Positions 28,031-41,400 of a DNA stretch of 64,000 bases are shown in pieces (positions within the stretch are counted from its first letter, which is position 1; each line of letters opens with the position of its first letter). Origin of the DNA: Octopus vulgaris (lineage: Eukaryota); the NCBI GenBank assembly GCA_951406725.2, contig OX597828.1:15810001-15874000 (forward strand). The letters run 5' to 3'. A program made the translations under genes and the position numbers. The notes beneath the pieces were generated by a model. It was not told where the DNA came from, searched no databases, and was given only the letters and a program-made list of their open reading frames with translations.

Positions 28031-29739
28031 GGTAACCATGTACCTCCTCTATAGCAAGACACCTATTTCTGCCTCTCTATTTCTCTGTTACCTTTCATTA
28101 TCTGATACTGGATCACCTCCTCTAATGCCCCCTCTGTTGTGGCAAGACACCTGCTTCTGTCTCTTTGTCACACTTTAACCTTTCAACCTCTGACACAAAT
28201 TCTCCTCCTCAAATTCCCTGCCCCTCTCATAATCCCTTGTCCTGTGAGTTACTTGGTTACCCTACCAGTACTGGTGCCATGTTAAAAGCATCCAATCCAC
28301 ACTGTAACATGGTTGGCATTTGAAAGGGCATCCCGCTGTAAAAATCATACCATAACTAACCTCACCTGTGCTAGTGCCATGTAAAAACCACTGAGTCCAC
28401 TCTGTGGAGTGGTCGGTGTTAGGAAAGGCATTCAGTTATAAAATCCCTGTCAAAACAGACACAGTAGCCTAGGGTAGTTTTTCTACCTGGCTGGCTCCTG
28501 TCAGCCATCCTACCCATGCATGCATGGAAGATGGACATTAAACAAAGATGATGATAGTGTTAAAAAACACAGTGTACTTCAAAACAAGCTGGCTTTTAAC
28601 CCTTTATCATTTAAACCGGCCATATTCGGCCAAAATATCCCACCTGTTTTATGCTCAAAGTGGCTAAATCTGGCTTTTAACATCAACCCCACAACATCAT
28701 TCTAAAGATTGTTACCTCATGAAAATCTCAAAGCTACAAGATAATGCATGACTAATTCAAAACAATATGGGATAAATAAGCATTGACTTTGGCAGAATAA
28801 TATGACTGATAAAGGATACAGCAGGATACCTGTTCCTATCCCTCTCTCATACTTGTGCCTCTCAACACATGACATAAGCTGTCTTCCTCAATACTTCATC
28901 CCATCTCAATCAAGGTGTTTTGTGAGCTACTCGTTGACCTCACTAGTGCTGGCAACACGGAAAACATCTGGGACTTGCTGTAAAGTGGTTGGTGTTAGGA
29001 AGGACATCAAGCCATAAGAACCATGCCAAAATAGACATTAGATGGCAATGCAGTCCCATGAGCTTTTGGATCTTATCAAACTGTCCAGTCCATGAGGCAT
29101 GGAAGATGGATGTTAAACGATAATGATGTCTGTTTCAGAAGTTTGAAAAAAATATCAGAAATTGAATGTGATAGTTATTGAATGTGTAATGAAATTTGTT
29201 GCCTTTTTATTATCAGCTAACACCACTATAATTTTCTATTTTATCAGAACTCAAAAACAAGATTGGAAATTGGCGTGACTTTTTAACAACTTCCCTTGTT
29301 GGAGCAGCTACTGCTCCTTCTTACCTGCTTGATAAGGTATGTTCTCTTTTTTTTGTTGTTTCAGTTTCCTTTTTGCTTTTGACTCACTCAGTTGGTGGAG
29401 AAAGTGCAGCACCCAAAGATGGTGTGCATGTAACAGCTTCCAGAATGCGGGTAACAGCATCATCAGAAATCATCAGAAGTTAGATTGAAACCCTAGCACA
29501 ATTGCTCTCAATGCAATGGCCTCCCCTAAAGGCATCCAACAGCCAGGAGATTTTGCTGGGGGTAAAACTGTATTGATGTGTGAAGGTGTGGTGATGTGAT
29601 TAAGAAGCTTGTATTTTAACATTGTGTCCTCTGGTGCAATGCCACTCTGTGGCACCATGGGGCTAGTCTCTTCTATAACCTTAGAATGACCAAAGTTTTG
29701 TGAGTGAATTTAGTAGATGGAAACTAGATGCACATTGTG

Positions 29740-29772
<33 letters not shown>

Positions 29773-32700
29773 GTATGTATATTTTTGTTTTTGGATTTGG
29801 TTTGCAAGATTCTTTATATGAGTTTGTGTGTTGAAGCATATTCTGTTGTCTGGGGAGAGTCATTTTCTTTTTGTGCGTTATAATTTAACACACTCACCGG
29901 TAAAATTTCCACTTATTCCTTATTTTATAGAAAAGGTTGTAAGACGCAATGAAAATTTTAGGAAAATAAAAATAAGAAATAAGTGGAAATTTTACCAGTG
30001 AGTGTGTTAAATTATAAGGCACAAAAAGAAAATGACTCTTCCCAGACAACAGAATATATATATATATATATATATATATTGGCAGACGGAAACTGAAAAG
30101 AAGCCCGTCGTATATATGTATATATATATATGCGTGTGTGTGTTTGCGTGTCTGTGTTTGTCCCCCTAGCATTGTTTGACAACCGATGCTGGTGTGTTTA
30201 TGTCCCCGTCACTTAGCAGTTCAGCAAAAGAGACCGATAGAATAAGTACTGGGCTTACAAAAGAATAAGTCCTGGGGTCGAGTTGCTCGACTAAAGGCGG
30301 TGCTCCAGCATGGCTGCAGTCAAATGACTGAAATAAGTAAAAAGAAAAAGAGTAAAAGAGTATATACACCCTTGTATTGGCATCATGTAATGTTTGTAAA
30401 TAAGCATCACCATTTTTATACAAGTGTTGTTGTTCACTTTTAGTCTTACATGAAAAACATGTCTGGTCATGGGAAAATATTGCTTTGCTTGGGAACGAGT
30501 GAGGGTTGGTGACAAAGAGGGCATCATGCTGTAGAAAATCTGCCTCAACAAATTCTGTCTGACCCATGCAAGCATAGAACAGTGGATGTTAAATGATTTA
30601 AGTGATACCAATATATTTGGTGAACAGTTATTTCATTGTTGCTGAGTTGTTGGGTTTTTTAAAAAATTTTTAGTTGTTATCAAGATTCTTTGGCTTAAAA
30701 AGAAATATTTTACTGGCTTATTCAGAGGTGAAATATACTTCACTCCTTTTCAGGGTCTCTGAAACTAGTATAAAGAAATTATTATCAGACCTAGAGACGT
30801 GGCCTGAACTCTTGTAACACTGGATGCTACAGACTGTTGTTTAGTCTCGGGGTCAGCTCTGATTGAAAAGGTTGATGGTTCAATATTTCAGCCATAACCA
30901 TCCTTTTTTTTTTTTTTTATTTGAATGTAGCATATGTAGGACTATGCTATCCAATGTCGTTTAATTTTAGATTTGGCTGTTATTTCTAGCTGTTCAAATA
31001 ACTGTATAGAGGCTCTTTTTTGCATTTTTTGTTTTTGGATTTTTGTGTCAAATTTCATTGAAGATGGGGGGAAACTTGTTTAGGTTTTAGAAAGTTACTC
31101 CATTCTAAAGAAAAATAATTTATAAAATTTTGTAACTATGTTTTTATCATTAAATATTTAAATAATTGAATGTTAATTATATTGTTCATCATGTTAGGAT
31201 TTTCATGTAGATATATATGTCTCATAGATTAATCTTATACTAAATTTGGTGAGAGCAAAGTCAAAATAGTATTGTAAGGTGTATGAAATATGGATTACTT
31301 TTTTCCGTTTTAAAATTTGTTATTGGAGAAAAGACAGAGGTAAAAAAAAAAAGTTCCAATAGTGAAATTCTAAGATATAAAAATTGGGAAGAAGTTCTGG
31401 CTTTGAGAATTGAATTAATGTAGAATAAATGAGAGAGAGAGAGAGAAAGAGAGATGAATGCATCAGGTAGGTTTAGATGAGATTTACATAGAGATAATGA
31501 ATTTAGTGGACCAAGAGGCATTGTATTTATGGTAAGACAGGTGAATGAAATGATACATTTCAGTAATAGGCTCGTGGTTGACTAGTGTTTGCAAGTATGA
31601 GATCACATAACTGATGGATAGCTTTATTTTGAATGTGATTAGTATATTAATGATTGAGAAGAGCACACATTATATCTTAGATGGTGATCATGTGAATAGT
31701 ACATGTATGTAACTGTCTGATCTATTTGCTGTGCAATAGTTTAAAACTGAAAGTCCTTTGTTGATGATTGTCAGATATTTCCATCCAATGTGTGCTTGAG
31801 GGGCTTACAGTGGTGATTATCAGAGACTTTTAGCTCTAGTAAATGGATTATTTTTGTACATTGTTCATCTTGGCATCAAATGGCATCGTTTCCTTGAGGT
31901 GTGTAGTAGTGTCTAACATAATTATAGGAGAATCTAACATATTTAACCCTTCAACATTAAGTTTACTCTCTTAAATGTAATGCTTGTTCACATTGTTTTG
32001 AATTCATCATATCTTATCTTGTAGCTTTGAAATGTTGATGCTGCAGTTTATTTTTAAAATGATGTTGTGTGATAGGCTGGATCTGGCTGGTTTAAGCATG
32101 AAACAAGAATAATATTTAGGCCCCTGATATATGGAATTTGCCAACTGAATCTGTTAAATTTCCATCAGCACCCTATTCAACATTATGACTATTAGGAGCT
32201 TGAGTTTATTAGCAAATTTATATACAGTCACTACAGGTGGCACATAAGCGAACCATCCGAACGTGGCCGTTGCCAGCGCCGCCCCGACGGGCCTCTGTGC
32301 CGGTGGCACGTCAAAAGCACCCACTACACTCATTGAGTGGTTGGCGTTAGGAAGGGCATCCAGCCGTAGAAACACTGCCAGATCAGACTGGGCCTGGTGC
32401 AGCCTTCTGGCTTCCCAGACCCCAGTTGAACCGTCCAACCCGTGCTAGCATGGAAAGCGGACGCTAAATGATGATGATGATATTGTCTTATAAATGCTGC
32501 CCCGTTTTAACCCTTTCAATACCAACCCGACTGAAACCGCCTCTGGCTTTGTAGTACAAATGTCTTGTTTTCATAAGTTTTGAATAAAAATTTTCCACCA
32601 GACCTTAGTCCCAATTTATGTTCCTAACAACAGCTGAATGATAATTAAGTTATTTTACTAAATTCTTTGTTATATTTAAAATTAAATGAAAGAAACAGAA

Positions 32701-34017
32701 TATCTCAAAATAAATGCGGTAACGAAAGGGTTAGTTCTAAATCTGAGGAATGTCATGCCCCACATTTAAAAGATTAGATGATTGCAATGAGAACAACAGT
32801 CCTATATGAGAAGTTCAACTAACATGCCCAACCTCTTATATTACACTCATTTACTCACAGTCACACACAAAAGCTTATAACTTGTCTAAGCCCTTTCATG
32901 GCTGGATTTTTAGTGAACCACACTCATGATCATCATCGTTTAATGTCTGCTTTCCATGCTTGCTTGGGTTGGACAAATTGACTGTGGTCTGGCGAACCAG
33001 ATGGCTACACCAGGCTCCAATCAGATCTGGCAGAGTTTCTACAGCTAGATGCCCTTCCTAAAGCCAACCACTCCAAGAGTGTAGTGGGTGCTTCTACATG
33101 CCACCGGCACGAGGGCCAGTCAGGTGGTACTGGCAATGGCTATACTCAAATGGTGCTTTTTATATGCCACCTGCACAGTCCAGCGGCACTGGCAATGACC
33201 TCGCTTGAATGTTTTTTCATGTGCCATCAGCACAAATGCCAGTAAGGTGATGCAGGTAATGATCATGCTCAAATGGTGCTTTTTACGTGCCACCGGCATG
33301 GAAGCCAGTTTGTTGCTCTGGCAATGATCACGCTTGGATGGTGCTCTTAGCGCTCCACTAGCACAGATGCCAGTCATCAAATTTGATTTCAATGTTTCAA
33401 GTAATTTTGAATGTTGTCAAGAATTTTGATAAAATTTAGTTTAGAGCCAGTTTTAATACTGAAGGGTTAATTCAAATAATTTTGCATGAGGGTTCTTACA
33501 AAATTTTTATTAAGACACATTTAAAACCAAGACCATATGTGTATATATGTATATGTTATAATATTGTTTGTTATGAATAATGTTTTGTAGACAACTGGGA
33601 CAACTCCTGTTGATCAAATAAAGCAAGGTATGCGCCTAGAACTGCAGGACCATATCAACCCCAATCATGTTTGGATTGTGAAAGTGTTGGAGAATGTTGG
33701 TGGACGTTTATACTTACGTCAGGAAGGTCTAAACCACTCTGAAACTGACTTCTGGCTATTCTACCTCAATCATTTGCTTCACCCCATTGACTGGGCAAAG
33801 CAGAACAATTATGAATACTCTCCTCCCAAAGGTAAGAGTGACTCCTTAACGAGCATTTTTAATTTTTAACTAATTTTCTAAGGTTTTTACTTTCAAGAGA
33901 CAAGATTCGAATAATTCTTATTTATTCACATTGTTTTGAATTAATCCTGCATTATCCTCTGTGTGTATGTATGTATGTGTGTGTGTATGTATGTATGTAT
34001 GTATGTATGTATGTATG

Positions 34018-34065
<48 letters not shown>

Positions 34066-36260
34066 TAATAAAATATTAGGGAATAAATCCAAACTTACAA
34101 GGAAAAATCAGATTTAGGATTAAATCCAATTTTATAGTATAAATATATTATATTATATTATATTAAATTAGAGATAAAACCACTATTAGGCAAATCATAT
34201 ATATATACTAGCACTATGACAAAAAAGTCACTTCTATTGATTTTTTAATGGCTTTGCAGGGTGACTGGAGAAATGTAAAGATGTGCACGACCACCCTTGG
34301 ACGGTTTTGAATGACCATAGAAAGTGTGAGCCCTCTAACTGAAAAATTGTGGATTTGTATAAAGGACACACACACAGACAGACATTTTGCCGTTTTATAT
34401 ATATATATCTCTTATTATAAAAGGCAGATTTTATCTGCCTCCCTTTGGGAGTTATACAAATCTACAATATAGGATTTCTTCAATTACAATTTACCTAGCA
34501 TTTTTGAGAGTACAAGGCATCGCGTCATGCCAGGTCCAGTTTTTAAAATTTAAACTCCAATTAAGCAAAATTTACAGAAAACTCACATTCTGGTGTGTGT
34601 GTCAAATGCTTTTCTTAGTCTGGTTTACACCACACGCAAACGCACACACACAGTGTGCGACGAATAAAATGAAAGTAAATGTAATATTTGTTTCTGTCTA
34701 TCACGCTGATAGATACATGAGTAAAATGTATGGGAAGCTAACAGATAACAGTGAGTGAAAATGTTCTTGGAAGAGAGTAAATTAGCGACAGAGTGATTTG
34801 AGCAAGACTAAACTGAAAGTATGAAACAGTGTTTATGTATAAACAGACGACACTTATATAAACCCTTTCGTTACCAAACCGCCCGAATTTACCTATTCAT
34901 ATTTAAATGAGAATATCAGAGTAAATCTCTTTAGTACATTCGTGAAAACACGTATTATACTTCGTAAACACTTCAAATACAGTTTTGTACAAAAATCGAA
35001 GTGTAATTTTAATTCCGTGAATTATGGGAGATTTTTTTCCGAAATTTGTTCCTATTGTGTTTTCAAAATTTGTAATTCTGACAAAAAATGGATACGAATT
35101 TCATTATATCAAGCAGCGAGTCAGAATTCGAAGGATTTTCTACTGAAGACCTTCATAAATCTAACTCTATGACTGAAAAAAAATAAGCATCTTTATATAA
35201 GAGTGAAGTTGTGTGTCTGTCCCCTTCGATTTAGATTCGTAACTACTCCCACATTTTGCCGTGCAGTTTAACCAAAAGCGGGTATCTTATAGTCGTGATT
35301 CATATCGAGCCCTTCTGGGTATTAGCGCGCGTCTACGATGAGTCTACGATTTTAAAAAAATTTACCATCATATTTTTCCATTTGAATGCATTTTTTTCGC
35401 TTTTATATAAGGGAAGTAACTCTCTAAAAATATCTACGATGTGTCAACGATTTAAAAAAAAAATTTACCTTAATTTTTTTTCAATTTTTAATGCATTTTT
35501 TTGCTATTTTTTGGCTATAACTCTCTAAAAATGCTTATATAGTTATTTCCCTTACAACCCGAGCAACGCCGGGCGATACTGCTAGTATATATATATATTC
35601 TTATTTCAGTCATTTGATAGCGGCCATGCTGAGCACCACGTTGAAGTGTTTTAGTTGATCAATTTGATCCCTGAACTTATTTCTTAAGCCTAGTACTTAT
35701 TCTATCTGTCTTTTTTGCTGAACCACTAAGTTACGGCAATGTAAACACACCACATAGATATGACACACAGATACACACACACATATATAAAAGACAGGCT
35801 TCTTTCAGTTTCTGTCTACCAAATCCACTCTCAAGGCTTTGGTCAGCCCAAGGTGCCATGCAGTGGGACTGAACCTAGAACCATGTAGTTGGGAAGCAAG
35901 GTTGAGAACCAGTGATTTAGATAGATGTTGCTGGTTTTTTCTTATTGTATGATACATTTAAAAAAAATCTGTAACAATGCCACCGCAAGACAATTTCACC
36001 TAACAATAAAATATTATATTTAAGGTAAAATGAGCAAATATTAATTACTATTTCTTAATTAATTTTTATGTATTTCACTATTTAGCTTCCAACATAATGA
36101 TTCATAGTTTAATAGTTATCTCTTTTGGAAGGGACTTGTTTTGCAAGTACTTGGTGACCTGTGCTGCCATGAGAAAAGCAGCCAATACATTCTATAAAGT
36201 GGCTGGCATTAAGAAAGACATCCAGTTGTAGAAATCATGTGTAAACAGACATTAGAGTTT

Positions 36261-36291
<31 letters not shown>

Positions 36292-38402
36292 AATTGTATA
36301 CAGTGCTCAGGTGCACCACAACTTGTCAAAAGTATGTATAAAGCATATGCAGTAATGTACAAATGTTTGGAAAGCGAACAGTGTATGAGTCAGATACATG
36401 CTTGCGTGTGTATGGAGGGGAGAAAATCAGGTGTAGTGTTGGCGAATCTCAGGAAGCATGGAAGTTTTGAAGGATGCAGTGCTCCGACAACTAACAACTG
36501 ATGCTGGCAGTTAGTTCCATACTTCAGCAATTCTTAGCATGAAAAAATGTTTCCGAAAGTCATGGGAGCTGTGCTGTTTTCTGGCTTTGTAAACATATCC
36601 ACGAGTGTTAGACAGGTGGAGTTTGAAAAGGTGCTCAGAGTTATTGTTTGTAAGATGGTTAATAATTTTATGGGTGTCTGCCTAGTCAGCTGCCAGACGT
36701 CGGGAGTTTCAATGTGTCCATGCCCAGGGACATGGTGCTGTCTTCTGGTTTGCTGGTTCCTGTTGAACTGTCCAACCAATGTCAGCATGGAAAAGGGAAT
36801 GTTAAATGATGATTGTGATGATGAGGAATGATAAAGGAGGTTAATTATAGTGTGAAAGTAACCATACTCTAAGCATTATTTATAACTAATACCACTAGAA
36901 TGTGGAAATACTCTAATAAGCCACAGCGATAGATGAAATCCTTCACATCATTTGCAAAATTAGTTATTGCTACTTGATATTTTAAGTCGCTGACTTTCTT
37001 GTTACTACGTCATCATTCTTACTATAACATCTGGTCTTTCTATGTTGGCATGGGTTGAATAGCTTTTCACAAATGTATTACCATCGTTTTCAGTTCTGCT
37101 TCCTCACATGCCTGGAGTTCAGTGTCCTCAGACCAGGCTTCACTACTTCTCCTTAATCTGTATTTAATATCAGCTTTAATAGCATTTTATAATCTCATAT
37201 AGATAAATATTGTATTTCGTATTGATTTCATCAGTCTTAGAGGTTTTGCAAAACTTGAGTACAAACCACAATTTTCTCCATCAAAAAAGAGAAAGAAAAA
37301 AAAAATTCAATTTTGCAGTTGAGCTTTATAGTTTTTTTATATATTTTTCTTCATCTCTTCTTTTCCCTCTAAATTATTCCTTCACCAATAAGTAATGGAT
37401 GCTGCTTTTATCACCTGCTGGTGATTTAACCCTAAACCAGCCATTACCCAGCCAAAATATTTCACTCGTTTTATGCATAAAGTGGCCAGATCTGACTTCT
37501 CACACCAACTCTACAATATCATTCTTAAAATTAACAGCTCTCAAAATCTCAAAGCTACAAAATAATGCATGATTAATTCAAAACGATATGGAATAAATTA
37601 ACATTACTTTTGACAGAATAATGTAAATGCTAAAGAGTTAAAATGAATTTAAGTTAGAGAACTCTCAGTTCCTTGAATGATAATGGTGTTTTTAGTTTCA
37701 TCATTGCTTCATTAATTCAGTCATCAGAAAACTGTTTGGTTTTGAGACTTAATAACCTTAACAGTAAAAATTCCTCAAAGAGGTTACACATACTGCTTTG
37801 AATAGTGTTGGTACTGTTCTGATTTGTTGGATATTTAAAATCACACTTTACTGTACTGCATCTATATGCATCTTTGCTGATGACCATTCAGCAAATGAAC
37901 TGCCTGCATTTTATTAAAGAAAAGAAACTGAGTAGTGATGTATATACCTAAATTGATATATTGGATTAGATTGCCCATGTTTTAGTCCACTGCAGGGCGA
38001 AGACCTCAGCATGTTCTCTCCATCAACCACAGTCTGATGTAGAGGCCATGAATTTAATCTTAAGATCATGCTGGTTAGATGAGCCCACTCTGTCACACTG
38101 GCTTAACATGGCTTGGCAGAGGGGTGAAGTTTTTATGCCCTTATCCAAGGGTAGTTAAGTCAATTACATCAACTCTGAAAGGATGAAAAACAAAGTTGGG
38201 CGTAGCAGAATTTGAACTCAGAATGTAAGGATGGACGAAATACCACTAAGCATTTTACCCAGTGTGCTAATGATTCTGGCAGCTTGCTGCTTATTGATAC
38301 ACACACACATCAATGACACATGTATATCATTAATTTCTCTTTTACTTATTTATGTTATGTATTTCATTTCTTTGATGTTTCAAATTCCAGTGTGTGTGTG
38401 TG

Positions 38403-38460
<58 letters not shown>

Positions 38461-41400
38461 CTGCCTGCCTCATGTAAATGCCGATATTGAAATTCTGTTT
38501 TGATTTGTCTTGTATATGTAGTTAGATTACGTAGATTATATAAATATTCAAAGAAATATGTGTAAATAAATGATACAAGAATATATTAGGAAAGCTTATA
38601 AGTAATATTGTTTTGAAAATAATACTTTGGCAATGAAGTTTTCTTGGGTTTATGGAGTTAGTAAAATTTATTTCCCTATCAAAGTAGAAACACTTATTTT
38701 TATGATTTTATGCTGTATAAATTATAAGAAACTACTGAAAAACAGTACTAAAAAAATAAGATCAATATATCATCATCAGTTAGTGTTTCCATTATTCCAT
38801 GCTTGCATGGGTTAGACGGAGTTTATTGAGGCAAATTTTCTACTTGTGGAAGCCTTTCTTGTCACCAACCTTCACCTCTTCCCAAGCAAAGTAATATTTT
38901 CTCCTGGCCAGACATGTTTTTCCACAGATGACTGGACACGGACAACATTGTTTGTCTGATGATGATCATCATTTACAACCATTGTGTGATATCAAGACAA
39001 GACTGCAGTTACACACAATTGTACACATGTTTACATACATACACATACATGATGGGCTTTTTCAGTTTTCATCTACCATATCCTCTCACAAGGCTTTGGT
39101 TGGCCTGCATGTATGGTAGAAGACACTGTCCAAGGCGCCACACAGTGAGACTGAACCCAAGATTCAATGGTCGGAAAGCAAGCTTCTTAGCCACACTGCT
39201 ACACCTGTGCCTACACTTCCACACCTGTTGACACAATTATTTGCTAGCCGTTTTTACACTCCATAAAGTGTTGGTAAATGAATAAAGACAGTGGAAAGGA
39301 GAGAGGAAGAAACCCTCTAGTCTTGTAGAGAACTAAACAACCTCTCGAATACTTGCGTAACATTAAGATCTTGCAGTTTTTTAAATCATGCCAAAATGGA
39401 ATGTAGGAACGAGGTATGGTTCCTACTTATCTAGGAGGGCTGTGAGAACTGGTTTAGACCATGACAATCGTTCAACCAATGCCAGCATAGAAAAGCAGAC
39501 TAAAATGAATAGAATGAAAGCTTTGTTCTTGTATGGATTAGTTTAGTTATTTAATAGTTATTAAAGCTTTTCTTTCAAACAAAATAATTAAAACAGTTTT
39601 TTTTTTGTTTATTCATGTAAAGACTTTTTTCCTTTGTTTTCTTATATTTGAGATGTTTGTTTTTTTGCAGAGTATGAAGATCAGTATACGAAAGAAGAAT
39701 GGGATGAGATTTTCCAGGAGGCTTTAAAGGAAGCTGAAGCAATGCCACTCCCTGTTGATATATTCAAGGTGAGATTCTAACATTGTAATAATCTTTAATT
39801 TGTTGGCTCCCACATGACCCACCAAAAGGTCATGGTGATATGTTTGCAATACCCACATTACCTTCCTGTAGGATGTCCCATTATTTCTCTTCTACAACCT
39901 TTTGGGAGCTGGCACACTAAAGTTGCTTAAGTATGTGACTGTGGTACTCTAGAACATTTCTTTTCTATATTATATAAATCTTTTCATTTTCCTTTTTTTT
40001 TAAAAAATTTATTTTACATTTATATCCCATGCTGGTGGCATGTAAAAAGCACTTTCCGAACATGGTCGATGCCAGTGCCTCTTGACTGGCACCTGTGCCA
40101 GAGGTATGTAAAAACCACCATCTGAACGTGGTCGATGCTAGTACCCCGTGGCTGGCTCTCGTGCCGGTGGCATGTAAAATGCACCCACTACACTTTGGGA
40201 ATGGTTGGCATTAGGAAGGGCATCCAGCTGTAGAAACCAAGCCAAAATCAGACTGGAGCCTGGTGCAGCACACTGGCTTGCCAGTCCTCAGTCAAACTGT
40301 CTGAAACTGGAAAATGGACTTTAAACGATGATGATGATGATCATCATCATCATTGTGCTGAGTGAGTTTCACCACGTCAGGAGATAAAATAAAAGACTGA
40401 GTAAACACTATATAATTAGGAAAACAGAAGGTCCTACATGATCCACTGGTGGTTTGTGTGTAAAAATCATTACCATTTCATAAACAATCATCTTTACTAT
40501 AGGCTTTTTACTGAAATTTTGAGTGAGGCAAGGCTGGTTGATTATATTGACCCCTCCAGTACTTGACTTATTTAATTGACCCTGAAAGGTTGAAGGGCTA
40601 AGTTGAACTCGGCGGCATTTGAACTCTGACCATAAAACCAAAAGAAATGCTGCTAAGCGTTTTGTTTGGCTCAGTAATGATTCTGCCAGCTCGCTGTCTT
40701 CCTTGGTTTAGATATAATACAGTGACAAAATAACAGTACGGCACTCGTATTAAAATTAAGATGTCGCACTGGAATCTTGGGGCAAAATGAAAAATGAGGC
40801 CCAGGAGCCAAGATGTTAACATGACATGATTATTACTGGAGAGACTTATAAAGGAAGTTAGAGAGAGAAAAAAGGGGTACTGCCTTTCTCTTTTACTGGT
40901 TTCAGTCATTTGACTGTGGCCATGCTGGAGCACCACCTGTAGTCGAGCACATCGACCCCAGGACTTATTCTTTGTAAACCTAGTACTTATTCTATCGGTC
41001 ACTTTTACTGAACCGCTAAGTTACGGGGACATAAACACACCAGCATCGGTTGTCAAGCGATGTTGAGGGGACAAACACAGACACACACGCATATACATAC
41101 AATGGGCTTCTTTCAGTTTCAGTCTACCAAATCCACTCACAAGGCTTTGGTTGGCCTGAGGCTATAGTAGAAGACACTTGCCCAAGGTGCCATGCAGTGG
41201 GACTGAACCTGGAACGAAGCTACTTACCACACAGCCACTCCTGCGCCTGTGTAGAAAATGTTTTAAGTTGTTGTTTAGCCCCAGGTTATTTCTGATCCTG
41301 GATGCCTATAATCAAAGGTGTTCCAGCTAGAACCATCCTGTCTGTTTTTTTTTTAATCCACTCCATCCTGATGCAGTGTTCCTAGAATTACATTAAGATT

